Assembly (NCBI GenBank): GCA_965263035.1
Contig: OZ253580.1
Coordinates: 992,001-1,056,000, forward strand
Direction: 5' to 3'
DNA length: 64,000 nucleotides
Origin: Acidobacteriota bacterium
Lineage (GTDB): Bacteria > Acidobacteriota > UBA6911 > RPQK01 > JAJDTT01
Part shown: positions 49,902 to 60,440 of the stretch, piece after piece
Layout of the letters: each line of letters starts with the position of its first letter
Position numbering within the stretch: the first letter of the stretch is position 1
Program-made: the position numbers and the translations under genes
The notes under the pieces: model-generated
Database searches by the model: none
What the model was told of the DNA's origin: nothing
What the model saw: only the letters and a program-made list of their open reading frames with translations

Positions 49902-51149
49902 ATGAGAATCACCGATCTTCGTTGTATGCGCCTGCTGGGTCCGCGACCCCATGGGGGTGGCGGAAAAGCCGGTACTTTTTCCAAGCTCCTGGTCAGAATC
50001 GATACCGACGAGGGCAGCTACGGCCTGGGAGAGGCCGAGAACATGATGGGAGTGAGGGAGGGCATTGAGTATTTGAGGGCTTGGCTGATCGGCCGGGATC
50101 CATTTTCTGTTCGTCCCTTTTTCTCTGAAATGCTTTATGGGACCGTACCTCCCCATCCTAAATTTCGGGTCTATGAACCCATCCGTTTCGAGAAGACATT
50201 TCGCCCGTCCCTGATCTGCTCCCCGACGGCGACACCGACCGGTCCCGTGATCTGGGCCCTTGGCGGAGTGGAGATGGCCTTGCTTGACCTCGTCGGCAAG
50301 ATCCTGAATACCCCGGTCTACAATCTGCTGGGTGGAAAGTACCGGGATCGGATTCGCATCTACCTCGATAGGAGCGCTCCGGAAGCGGTCGACGATCTCG
50401 ACGCTTGGAAGAAAATGGCCGAGGACTCGGTCAGGGACGGTTTTACCCAGTTGAAGTTCGACATCGACTATACGGCCTCTGACCTCGTCGAAGACTTCTG
50501 GAACCGCTCCATCCCCCTTCGACAAATGAACGGGATGGTCCGAAGGCTGAAGACCGTTCGCCAGACGGTCGGGCACAACGTCGAACTATGTGTCGATTGT
50601 CATATGCAATACAACGTAGTCGACGCGGTGAGGCTGGCCCAGGAACTGGCCTTTCTCAAGCTGATGTGGCTTGAGGATCCTACGCCCATAATCAATCCCC
50701 AGGCCTGTGCCGCGGTCCGGGCAAAGAGTCCGATTGCTATCTGCATCGGAGAAATGTTCATCGCCGAGCAGTTCCGGCTCTTCATCGATGCCAAAGCCTG
50801 TGACATCATCCATCCCGATGTCCTTTTCTGTGGGGGGCTGCAGGAAGGCAGGCGGATTGCGGACTACGCCGAGTTGCACTACCTCCCCATGGCCATGCAC
50901 GGAAACGGAGGTTGCCTGGCAACCATAGCCGCAGCGCACCTTGCCGCGGCCTCCCGCAATTTTCTGGGTCTCGAATACCATTTTTGGGAGGCAAAATGGG
51001 TTGGCCGATACGTGAGCCGCGAAGGGGCTCCCCTCTTCAAAGATGGATATCTTCCCCTCACCGATGCCCCCGGTCTCGGAGTCGAACTCGATGTGGAGGT
51101 CTGCCTCGAGCACTTGGCGCCAGGGGAATCTTTGTTCTCCGAGAAATGA
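49902..51149 (+). CDS. Mandelate racemase/muconate-lactonizing (acid-sugar dehydratase-like) enzyme
   Basis: VRIDTDEG, EMALLDLVGK, LLGGKYR, LKFD, VDCH, WLEDP, GE and APGLGVE. Confidence 0.9.
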   Translation: MRITDLRCMRLLGPRPHGGGGKAGTFSKLLVRIDTDEGSYGLGEAENMMGVREGIEYLRAWLIGRDPFSVRPFFSEMLYGTVPPHPKFRVYEPIRFEKTFRPSLICSPTATPTGPVIWALGGVEMALLDLVGKILNTPVYNLLGGKYRDRIRIYLDRSAPEAVDDLDAWKKMAEDSVRDGFTQLKFDIDYTASDLVEDFWNRSIPLRQMNGMVRRLKTVRQTVGHNVELCVDCHMQYNVVDAVRLAQELAFLKLMWLEDPTPIINPQACAAVRAKSPIAICIGEMFIAEQFRLFIDAKACDIIHPDVLFCGGLQEGRRIADYAELHYLPMAMHGNGGCLATIAAAHLAAASRNFLGLEYHFWEAKWVGRYVSREGAPLFKDGYLPLTDAPGLGVELDVEVCLEHLAPGESLFSEK

Positions 51150-51307
51150 CCGCCTATCTGGGAAAAATGTGTTTCAGATCGGGAGATTACAGCTGTGCCG
51201 CCGCTGCTTACGGAGCAGCGTCCGAGCTGGCACCGGATAACCGATTCTATCGGATGAATCTGGACAGTGCGTTTCGCCGACTGGCGCCATACGAGAACAA
51301 CGAGTGA
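51146..51307 (+). pseudogene. Single-TPR fragment
   Basis: YLGKMCFRSGDYSCAAAAYGAASELAPDNRFYRMNL. Confidence 0.45.
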
Positions 51308-51347
51308 TCGAATTCAGCCTGTGAACCGGAAAAATGTCCTGTATTTG

Positions 51348-52286
51348 TCATTCGGGAACCGGTTCCAACCAGTGCGGCAGTTCGTCCTGCATTCGGTTCC
51401 GGTAGATGGCGAATGCTTCCTCACTAGCCCCCAGATAAGGTGGCAGCAGCCGGAGGGGAAACCCGGGGTGATGGAGCTTAAAAATCAGCTTATCGTAGGT
51501 GCCGTCCATGTGGCTTCCATTCATCGGCAGGTCTCGCAAGATACTCGAATGATGATGCAGGTCCTTGAGGAGCTGCCTTAAGCGCCCTTTGTCCCTGCCT
51601 GTCTGTCCTAACTCGAATAGTTCGTTGGCCAGCAGGCGATTCGAAGCGGCAATGGCTATCAGCTGACCACATTTGAGGCCCCTCAGGCTCGCTTCCGCAT
51701 ACCCGATGTCGCCGACGAAATGGCAGAGCTGGGGAGCCCGTTCAACGGCAGACCGGATCGTGGACATTCCAACTCGTCCGGCCCATTTGACCGCGACTAG
51801 ATTCGGATGACGTTCTGCCAGTACGGATAGTTCCCCGGGGTTCAACCAGCGCAACCCCCTGGGAACGTTATAGAAAAGAAAGGAACAGTCAGGATTTCGC
51901 CCGCAGGTCGCTTCGAAGAACAGGTCCCTTTCGAGATCATTCAGTTCTCCCCAAGAAGGAAACGACAGCTGAAAGCTGGCGAAACCGAGTGCCCGGCCCA
52001 CCTCAATCCGTTCCTGGATCTGTGGAATAGCAAGGGCGATAATGCCCAGTTGTCTCAGGCTGGTCTTGCCTTCGGTTTCTTCGGCAAAAACACGGGAGAT
52101 GCTTTCAAACTGATTCAGGGTCAGCGCGTAGCCTTCCCCCGCCGTACCGTACAAATAGATGCTCGGGTGGCCCTTGGCTAGCTGGCCGCGAACGACATCT
52201 CGAAACAGGGATTCATCCAATTCGAAACGGTCGGTCCAGGGAAGTGTACAACTACACAGGATACGGGGACTCAGTCTGGGTCTCAT
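51348..52286 (-). CDS. Dihydrodipicolinate synthase/N-acetylneuraminate lyase family protein
   Basis: YGTAGEG, FYNVP and HPNLVAVK (Schiff-base Lys). Start uncertain. Confidence 0.85.
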   Translation of the reverse strand: MRPRLSPRILCSCTLPWTDRFELDESLFRDVVRGQLAKGHPSIYLYGTAGEGYALTLNQFESISRVFAEETEGKTSLRQLGIIALAIPQIQERIEVGRALGFASFQLSFPSWGELNDLERDLFFEATCGRNPDCSFLFYNVPRGLRWLNPGELSVLAERHPNLVAVKWAGRVGMSTIRSAVERAPQLCHFVGDIGYAEASLRGLKCGQLIAIAASNRLLANELFELGQTGRDKGRLRQLLKDLHHHSSILRDLPMNGSHMDGTYDKLIFKLHHPGFPLRLLPPYLGASEEAFAIYRNRMQDELPHWLEPVPE

Positions 52287-52870
52287 GTAAACGCTCGACA
52301 AGGGTATTGTATGATTTCTCTTGAAACCGGACAACGAAGAAGCCGGCGATAGTGTCCTTCCTGAAACCGGGCGAGCTGAACTTCCACAATCTTCCGAGGC
52401 TACTCACGGGACGAGGACGTACATACGCCTGCAAATTTCCGTCGTCGCATCTCTTATAGGACTCTTTCCCCCGGTATTCGGTTCTGTTTCCCCCTTCGAG
52501 CATCAGAGACGGTCTGCCGCTGAAAGTGATTCCTTCAAACCTGTCTTCACCGAGGTTCGGCTTCCTTGGGCATTCAATTCCGGTATCACAATTTACCGAC
52601 TCCTTTCAAGTACGTGGTCGAAACGATAGGTTTCGAGTGTGCGTTCTTGGACTACAACCGAGATGATTATCTGGATATTTTTCGGGTTATTGGGGGTCGG
52701 CTTCCTGCCGGCGAGAAAGGCGCACCCCTGGATCACGCTCTCTACGAAACCGAGGAGACGGGACTTTTGTAGAAGTCGGAAAGGAGTCGGGGATCAAACG
52801 AAACCGTGCCTTCGGTCAGGGAGTTGCAGGGGGAGACTACGACAACGACGGATTCGACGATCTGTTCCTC

Positions 52871-54866
52871 CCCGGATTATTCATCACGCAAACATAAAAT
52901 GAGCAAGCGTGCCCGTCATGTCGAGTCGGATCAGAGGGTTACCGGATACCCACAGAAAACGGCTGGGACCCGACCTGGGTGAAACTCTATATTAGTTTTC
53001 AACGTCGGTTTAAACTCAGGATTCAAGGGGGGCCGAAACCCAAGTATTTCCACGGTTTGCGTCCCCTCCAAGGGTGGCAAAAAGAGGTGGCGTGCCCGTC
53101 ATTTGTGGTATAGTTATAGTGCTAAGAAACAACCACAAAGAACGGAGCACGCCATGCCTGAGACGATACCGCAGATCCGGCCCTCATTCAACCGATCCCT
53201 CCGCCTCGAGACCCGCCCCGAGTTGCTCAGTGCGGACACGGGAGCCCTGGTGCAGCGGGAGCTGATGGATCGCAGCGGCCTCATCGACTGGTTGACCGGG
53301 CGGTTGCACGATCCGCGACACCCGAGTTCGATCCGCTATCCGCTGTCGGATCTGCTGCGGACTCGACTCCTGCTGCTGGGGCAGGGCTGGCGCGACCAGT
53401 CCGACGCCGACCGCCTGCGTCAGGATCCGAGCTTGCGGGTGGCGAGCGAGACTCGTCGGGGCACGGCGGCCTTGGAGGAGGGCCAGGGGCTGGCGTCGCA
53501 GCCGACCTTGTCCCGACTGCTGGACACGCTCAGCCGGGAGGAGAACCTTCCGGTCCTGCACCAGGCGGTGACGGAGCTGGCGTGCCGTCGGATCGAGATG
53601 ATCGAAGGCCAGCGGCGAAAACGGGGGAAAAAGACCCCACGGAAGAAGAGACGGAAAAAGACGATGGTCCTGGACGTGGACGGTCTCCCGGTCGAGGTCC
53701 ATGGGCATCCCCCGGGAAGCGAATGGAACGGATACTATCGCCAGCGGATGTACCACGGGTTGGTGGCGAGTTGTGCCGAGACGGGGGACCTGATCGACGG
53801 GGAGATTTTTCCGGGAGCCAGCTACCTGGGGAAAAAGGCGCTGAAGTTGACGCTACGGGTGGTGGACCACTGTCGCGGGCGTCTGTGCGGCTCGATGATC
53901 GTGCGGATGGATGCGGGGTTCCCGGAGCCGGGGCTGCTGAAGGGGCTGGAGTCGAGAAGCGTGCCCTATATCGCTCGAATCCGCAAGAATGAGGTCCTGA
54001 ACCGGATGGCGAAGCCCTACTTGACCCAGCCGGCGGGGCGGTCCCCGAAAGCACCACCGAGGCTCTGGTTCCATGAGCTGACCTACCAGGCGGAGAGTTG
54101 GGATCGGGCGCGCCGGGTGGTGCTGGTGGTGCGGGAGCGACCGGGGGAGTTGTATCCGGATCATTTCTGGTTGCTGACGAGCCTGAGCCGGAAGCGTTAT
54201 GAGGCGGAAGCGTTGCTGGCGCGGTACCGCAAACGGGGGAAGGCGGAAGGCCACATGGGGGAGTTCATGGACGTGCTCGATCCGGCCTTGTCCTCCGCGA
54301 GCCGGCCCAAGACGCACTATCGGGGCAAACCGCTGAAGCCGGGAGCGAAGCCGGAAGCGACGACGGAGGCCGGAGTTCGACCCCACAACGAAGTCTTGTT
54401 CCTGCTGAATCTGCTGGGGTACGAGATCCTGCACCTGGGTCGGGTGCTGATGGAGCAGGCGACGCGTCGGGGCTGGAGTCTGCGTCGTTTTCGCGAGCGG
54501 GTGTTGCGAGTGGCGAGTCGGGCGCTACGTCAGGGGAGGCGATTGATTTTCGTCATCAGTCAAGGGGCGACGGACTGGAAGCGGTTGTGGCAGAGACTGG
54601 CGCGGGTGTCCTGGGCGCCGGGATAGGGGACGGCGGAGGCATCGGGCCCGTGGAAGGGACCGAAACGGTGGGGATTTCTCACCGGAAAGTCAACCTGTCG
54701 GCGGGTGACGGCCCCCTTGGCCGTTAAACGGTTTATGACTGGTTCAATCGTCCTGTTTTCGAGCCGATTCAGTCGAATCGACAGAGGTTCAAGAGAAACC
54801 GGGCTGCGACCGCACGAAAACGCCGGGTTGGAAGCCCTTATCAACATGTCCCATGAATAATCTGGG
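52871..54866 (+). mobile_element. IS1380-family element, copy 1
   Basis: IRs CCCGGATTATTCAT / ATGAATAATCTGGG; TSD TCCTC. Confidence 0.93.
53154..54626 (+). CDS. IS1380 transposase
   Basis: LSADTGAL, LASQPTLSR, LDVD, VRMDAGF, RRVVLVV and YRKRGKAE. Confidence 0.93.
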   Translation: MPETIPQIRPSFNRSLRLETRPELLSADTGALVQRELMDRSGLIDWLTGRLHDPRHPSSIRYPLSDLLRTRLLLLGQGWRDQSDADRLRQDPSLRVASETRRGTAALEEGQGLASQPTLSRLLDTLSREENLPVLHQAVTELACRRIEMIEGQRRKRGKKTPRKKRRKKTMVLDVDGLPVEVHGHPPGSEWNGYYRQRMYHGLVASCAETGDLIDGEIFPGASYLGKKALKLTLRVVDHCRGRLCGSMIVRMDAGFPEPGLLKGLESRSVPYIARIRKNEVLNRMAKPYLTQPAGRSPKAPPRLWFHELTYQAESWDRARRVVLVVRERPGELYPDHFWLLTSLSRKRYEAEALLARYRKRGKAEGHMGEFMDVLDPALSSASRPKTHYRGKPLKPGAKPEATTEAGVRPHNEVLFLLNLLGYEILHLGRVLMEQATRRGWSLRRFRERVLRVASRALRQGRRLIFVISQGATDWKRLWQRLARVSWAPG

Positions 54867-55081
54867 TCCTCACCAATTTCAACGGACCGAACCTGCTCTA
54901 CTGTAACCAGAGAAATGGGGCATTTGTGGAAGTGGCTGAAAAAGATCTGAGATTCGGTCGCCAAGGGAGATCCTCTTGTTGTGGTGCATTCCGAGAAATT
55001 CGTCCAAGAGGTGGAGGCACGGGAGGAGAGAGTCCTGCACAACATCCTGGTCCAAGAAGGAGAAGAGGCGAGACCTGTCTC

Positions 55082-57078
55082 CCCAGATTATTCACCACGC
55101 AAACATAAAATGAGCAAGCGTGCCCGTCATGTCGAGTCGGATCAGAGGGTTACCGGATACCCACAGAAAACGGCTGAGACCCGACCTGGGTGAAACGCTA
55201 TCTTTGTTTTCAACGTCGGTTTAAACTCAGGATTCAAGGGGGGCCGAAAGCCAAGAAATTCCACGGTTTTCGTCCCCTCCAAGGGCGGCATAAAGAGGCG
55301 GCGTGCCCGTCATTTGTGGTATAGTTATGGTGTTACAAAAACAACCACAATAAACGGAGCACGCCATGCCTGAGACGATACCGCAGATCCGGCCCTCATT
55401 CAACCGATCCCTCCGCCTCGAGACCCGCCCCGAGTTGCTCAGTGCGGACACGGGAGCCCTGGTGCAACGGGAGATGATGGATCGTAGCGGCCTCATCGAC
55501 TGGTTGACCGGGCGGTTGCACGATCCGCGACACCCGAGTTCGATCCGCTATCCGCTGTCGGATCTGCTGCGGACTCGACTCCTGCTGCTGGGTCAGGGCT
55601 GGCGCGACCAGTCCGACGCCGACCGCCTGCGTCAGGATCCGAGCTTGCGGGTGGCGAGCCGGACCCGTCGGGGCACGGCGGCCTTGGAGGAGGGCCAGGG
55701 GCTGGCGTCGCAGCCGACCTTGTCCCGACTGCTGGACACGCTCAGCCGGGAGGAGAACCTTCCGGTCCTGCACCAGGCGGTGACGGAGCTGGCGTGCCGT
55801 CGGATCGAGATGATCGAAGGCCGGCGGCGAAAACGGAGGGAAAAGACCCCACGGAAGAAGAGACGGAAAAAGACGATGGTCCTGGACGTGGACGGTCTCC
55901 CGGTCGAGGTCCATGGGCATCCCCCGGGAAGCGAATGGAACGGATACTATCGCCAGCGGATGTACCACGGGTTGGTGGCGAGTTGTGCCGAGACGGGGGA
56001 CCTGATCGACGGGGAGATTTTTCCGGGAGCCAGCTACCTGGGGAAAAAGGCGCTGAAGTTGACGCTCCGGGTGGTGGACCACTGTCGCGGGCGTCTGTGC
56101 GGCTCGATGATCGTGCGGATGGATGCGGGGTTCCCGGAGCCGGGGCTGCTGAAGGGGCTGGAGTCGAGAAGCGTGCCCTATATCGCTCGAATCCGCAAGA
56201 ATGAGGTCCTGAACCGGATGGCGAAGCCCTACTTGACCCAACCGGCGGGGCGATCCCCGGATGCACCACCGAGGCTCTGGTTCCATGAGCTGACCTATCA
56301 GGCGGAGAGTTGGGATCGGGCGCGCCGGGTGGTGCTGGTGGTGCGGGAGCGACCGGAGGAGTTGTATCCGGATCATTTCTGGTTGCTGACGAGCCTGAGC
56401 CGGAAACGATACCAGGCTCAGGAGTTGCTGGCACAGTATCGAAAGCGGGGGAAGGCGGAAGGGCACATGGGGGAGTTGATGGACGTGCTCGATCCGGCCT
56501 TGTCCTCCGCGAGCCGGCCCAAGACGCACTATCGGGGCCAACCGCTGAAGTCGGAAGCCAAGCCGGAAGCGAGGACGGAGGCCGGGGTTCGACCCCACAA
56601 CGAAGTCTTGTTCCTGCTGAATCTTCTGGGGTACGAGATCCTGCACCTGGGTCGGGTGCTGATGGAGCAGGCGACGCGTCGGGGCTGGAGTCTGCGTCGT
56701 TTTCGCGAGCGGGTGTTGCGAGTGGCGAGTCGGGCGCTACGTCAGGGGAGGCGATTGATTTTCGTCATCAGTCAAGGGGCGACGGACTGGAAGGAGTTGT
56801 GGCAGAGACTGGCGCGGGTGTCCTGGGCGCCGGGATAGTGGACGGAGGAGGCATCGGGCCCGTGGAAGGGACCGAAACGGTGGGGATTTCTCACCGGAAA
56901 GTCAACCTGTTGGCGGGTGACGGTCCCCCTGGCCGGAAAACGGTTAATGACTGGTTCAATCGTCCTGTTTTCGAGCCGATTCAGTCGAATCGACAGAGGT
57001 TCAAGAGAAACCGGGCTCCGACCGCACGAAAACGCCGGGTTGGAAGCCCTTATCAACATGTCCCATGAATAATCTGGG
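55082..57078 (+). mobile_element. IS1380-family element, copy 2
   Basis: Same IRs; TSD GTCTC. Confidence 0.93.
55366..56838 (+). CDS. IS1380 transposase
   Basis: 490 aa, near-identical to copy 1. Confidence 0.93.
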   Translation: MPETIPQIRPSFNRSLRLETRPELLSADTGALVQREMMDRSGLIDWLTGRLHDPRHPSSIRYPLSDLLRTRLLLLGQGWRDQSDADRLRQDPSLRVASRTRRGTAALEEGQGLASQPTLSRLLDTLSREENLPVLHQAVTELACRRIEMIEGRRRKRREKTPRKKRRKKTMVLDVDGLPVEVHGHPPGSEWNGYYRQRMYHGLVASCAETGDLIDGEIFPGASYLGKKALKLTLRVVDHCRGRLCGSMIVRMDAGFPEPGLLKGLESRSVPYIARIRKNEVLNRMAKPYLTQPAGRSPDAPPRLWFHELTYQAESWDRARRVVLVVRERPEELYPDHFWLLTSLSRKRYQAQELLAQYRKRGKAEGHMGELMDVLDPALSSASRPKTHYRGQPLKSEAKPEARTEAGVRPHNEVLFLLNLLGYEILHLGRVLMEQATRRGWSLRRFRERVLRVASRALRQGRRLIFVISQGATDWKELWQRLARVSWAPG

Positions 57079-58444
57079 GTCTCCCCGATAGGTCTGGTGG
57101 TTTGAAGGTGCCCTTCACGAGCCCCTTGCTTTTCTGGAATACTCTTCTGCAACGACCCGGCTGAATTTGCACGTTCTCTCTCCGGATGAGACTGTGACTC
57201 CAGAGAGAGGTGAAAAGAGGGAAAGTAGTTACTCCTCCGGCCGCTAAACGGCTGGCGAGAGAGAAACCTGACCCTGACGCTCGACAGCCCGCGCGGCCTG
57301 CTGACACTAGTCTTGCACGAAGCTGTCGGGAAAGAACGTTTCAAACTAGCGCGGGCCAGAACACAGCTCGCGGGGAAGGTTCTACACGGCAAATGCACAC
57401 ATGAGGATTTGTGTGGCGGCACCTTTACAGTGACCAATCTGGACCCTGTTGGCATCGATTCGTTTTCTCCCATCATCAACCCGCCCCAGGTTGCTACCCT
57501 GGGAATCGGCCGGGTCCAGGCGAAAGCGGTTCAAGATAATGGAGGTTCCGTATCATTCAGGCCTTATGTGTTTTTCAGCGTCAGTCTGGACCACTGGGTC
57601 CTGGATGGAGCCGACGGATCCCGTTTTTTGAAAACGTTCGAAGCCTGCGTATCGGCTGGTTGACACTTAAAGCAGTAAGGAACTCCGAATTGATGAAGAA
57701 ACCCCTGACCCGACGTTTTTTTCTGAAAGGAGCCGGGATGGCTTCGGCTACAAGCTGGACCGCACCCGTACTTGGGTCCCCTCTCCACTACACACAGACC
57801 GTTCCTTCGCCCCCAGACAGGCCCTTTTTGTTGAGCGCTACCGTCGCATTTCCAGACGACTGTTCGGAGGTCGTTTTCACCAAGGTTCTTCTGGAGCACC
57901 TCCTGGAACGCATGAAGTGGATGGGGGTGCGGCGCATTTACTGGGAGTACTACGGGGACATGTCCAGGGGATACTGGGCGACTGCCATCCGGCGTCCGGC
58001 CCAAGGCGGAGTGACAGGAGTGAACGTCCCCGGTATCCACCCGATCAAGCAGACCCTGCTCAACTTTGGCGAGCCCCCCATCAACGTCGGCGCCCGACTT
58101 GCTCGTCAATTGGGACTGGAATTCTATGCCATTATTAAGCCCTACGAGGCCGGACACTCCACCTCCGAGCCATTGGGTAGTCCGCGCCGTCGAGAAATTA
58201 CGGGCCTTCCCAGGATTGGAGGAGTCTCAGATCGTTCTTATCCCTGGACGGTCCGGCATCCGGAATTGCGGCTGCGCGCCCGGCAAAGTGACCTTCCCCG
58301 GGGCATGGATGGGATTATCGTCGAAGCTATCCAGCTTCGGAAGTTGAACTATTCAGCCCACTCTCTGCGTGGAGAGCAACTTGAAATCTGGACCAGCACC
58401 GACAATTACAAATACAGAAAGAGGAACATCCGGTTTACGGTCAA

Positions 58445-60440
58445 CCCAGATTATTCATGGGACATGTTGATAAGGGCTTCCAACCCGGCGTTTTCGTGCG
58501 GTCGCAGCCCGGTTTCTCTTGAAGCTCTGTCGATTCGACTGAATCGGCTCGAAAACAGGACGATTGAACCAGTCATAAACCGTTTTCCGGCCAGGGGGAC
58601 CGTCACCCGCCGACAGATTGACTCTCCGGTGAGAAATCCCCACCGTTTCGGTCCCTTCCACGGGCCCGATTCCTCCTCCGTCCGCTATCCCGGCGCCCAG
58701 GACACCCGCGCCAGTCTCTTCCACAACCGCTTCCAGTCCGTCGCCCCTTGACTGATGACGAAAATCAATCGCCTCCCCTGGCGCAGCGCCCGAGACGCCA
58801 CTCGCAACATCCGCTCGCGAAAACGACGCAGACTCCAGCCCCGACGCGTCGCCTGCTCCATCAGCACCCGACCCAGGTGCAGGATCTCGTACCCCAGCAG
58901 ATTCAGCAGGAACAAGACTTCGTTGTGGGGTCGAACGCCGGCCTCCGTCGTCGCTTCCGGCTTCGCTCCCGGCTTCAGCGGCTTCCCCCGGTAGTGCGTC
59001 TTGGGCCGGCTCGCGGAGGACAAGGCCGGATCGAGCACGTCCATCAACTCCCCCATGTGCCCTTCCGCCTTCCCCCGCTTTCGATACTGTGTCAGCAGCG
59101 CTTCCGCCTCATAACGCTTCCGGCTCAGGCTCGTCAGCAACCAGAAATGATCCGGATACAACTCCCCCGGTCGCTCCCGCACCACCAGCACCACCCGGCG
59201 CGCCCGATCCCACGTCCCCGCCTGGTAGGTCAGCTCATGGAACCAGAGCTTCGGTGGTGCATCCGGGGATCGCCCCGCCGGCTGGGTCAAGTAGGGCTTC
59301 GCCATCCGGTTCAGGACCTCATTCTTGCGGATTCGAGCGATATAGGGCACGCTTCTCGACTCCAGCCCCTTCAGCAGCCCCGGCTCCGGGAACCCCGCAT
59401 CCATCCGCACGATCATCGAGCCGCACAGACGCCCCCGACAGCGGTCCACCACCCGCAGCGTCAACTTCAGCGCCTTTTTCCCCAGGTAGCTGGCTCCCGG
59501 AAAAATCTCCCCGTCGATCAGGTCCCCCGTCTCGGCACAACTCGCCACCAACCCGTGGTACATCCGCTGGCGATAGTATCCGTTCCATTCGCTTCCCGGG
59601 GGATGCCCATGGACCTCGACCGGGAGACCGTCCACGTCCAGGTACATCGTCTTTTTCCGTCTCTTCTTCCGTGGGGTCTTTTTCCCCCGTTTTCGCCGCC
59701 GGCCTTCGATCATCTCGATCCGACGGCACGCCAGCTCCGTCACCGCCTGGTGCAGGACCGAAAGGTTCTCCTCCCGGCTGAGCGTGTCCAGCAGTCGGGA
59801 CAAGGTCGGCTGCGATGCCAGCCCCTGGCCCTCCTCCAAGGCCGCCGTGCCCCGACGGGTCTGGCTCGCCACCCGCAAGCTCGGATCCTGACGCAGGCGG
59901 TCGGCGTCGGACTGGTCGCGCCAGCCCTGACCCAGCAGCAGGAGTCGAGTCCGCAGCAGATCCGACAGCGGATAGCGGATCGAACTCGGGTGTCGCGGAT
60001 CGTGCAACCGCTCGGTCAACCAGTCGATGAGGCCGCTGCGCTCCATCAGCTCCCGTTGCACCAGGGCTCCCGTGTCCGCACTGAGCAACTCGGGGCGGGT
60101 CTCGAGGCGGAGGGATCGGTTGAATGAGGGCCGGATCTGCGGTATCGTCTCAGGCATGGCGTGCTCCGTTTATTGTGGTTGTTTCTTAGCACTATAATCA
60201 TACCACAAATGACGGGCACGCCGTCTCTTTATGCCGCCCTTGGAGGGGACGAAAACCGTGGAAATGCTTGGGTTTCGGCCCCACTTGAATCCTGGGGTTA
60301 AACCGACGTTGAAAACAAATATAGCGTTTCACCCAGGTCGGGTCTCAGCCGTTTTCTGTGGGTATCCGGTAACCCTCTGATCCGACTCGACATGACGGGC
60401 ACGCTTGCTCATTTTATGTTTGCGTGGTGAATAATCTGGG
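58445..60440 (-). mobile_element. IS1380-family element, copy 3 (inverted)
   Basis: Same IRs; TSD GTCAA. Confidence 0.93.
58685..60157 (-). CDS. IS1380 transposase
   Basis: 490 aa, near-identical to copies 1 and 2. Confidence 0.93.
   Translation of the reverse strand: MPETIPQIRPSFNRSLRLETRPELLSADTGALVQRELMERSGLIDWLTERLHDPRHPSSIRYPLSDLLRTRLLLLGQGWRDQSDADRLRQDPSLRVASQTRRGTAALEEGQGLASQPTLSRLLDTLSREENLSVLHQAVTELACRRIEMIEGRRRKRGKKTPRKKRRKKTMYLDVDGLPVEVHGHPPGSEWNGYYRQRMYHGLVASCAETGDLIDGEIFPGASYLGKKALKLTLRVVDRCRGRLCGSMIVRMDAGFPEPGLLKGLESRSVPYIARIRKNEVLNRMAKPYLTQPAGRSPDAPPKLWFHELTYQAGTWDRARRVVLVVRERPGELYPDHFWLLTSLSRKRYEAEALLTQYRKRGKAEGHMGELMDVLDPALSSASRPKTHYRGKPLKPGAKPEATTEAGVRPHNEVLFLLNLLGYEILHLGRVLMEQATRRGWSLRRFRERMLRVASRALRQGRRLIFVISQGATDWKRLWKRLARVSWAPG

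Larger units (their letters stand above)
52321..54943 (+). pseudogene. CRTAC1-family relic interrupted by IS1380 copy 1
   Basis: KYVVETIG..AFLDYNRDDYLDI..GDYDNDGFDDLFL | TNFNGPNLLYCNQRNGAFVEV; frameshifted. Confidence 0.75.
54925..57663 (+). pseudogene. 2-oxoacid dehydrogenase E2 (dihydrolipoamide acyltransferase) relic interrupted by IS1380 copy 2
   Basis: Lipoyl-like SEKFVQEVEA..ILVQEG, binding-domain TPPAAKRLARE and catalytic GGTFTVTNL..PIINPPQVATLGIG..DHWVLDGA; deletions and stops present. Confidence 0.8.

Noticed and set aside
52871-60440. Composite transposon or tandem assembly artefact
   Set aside because: Each IS1380 copy has its own matching TSD and the interrupted genes continue across each copy.
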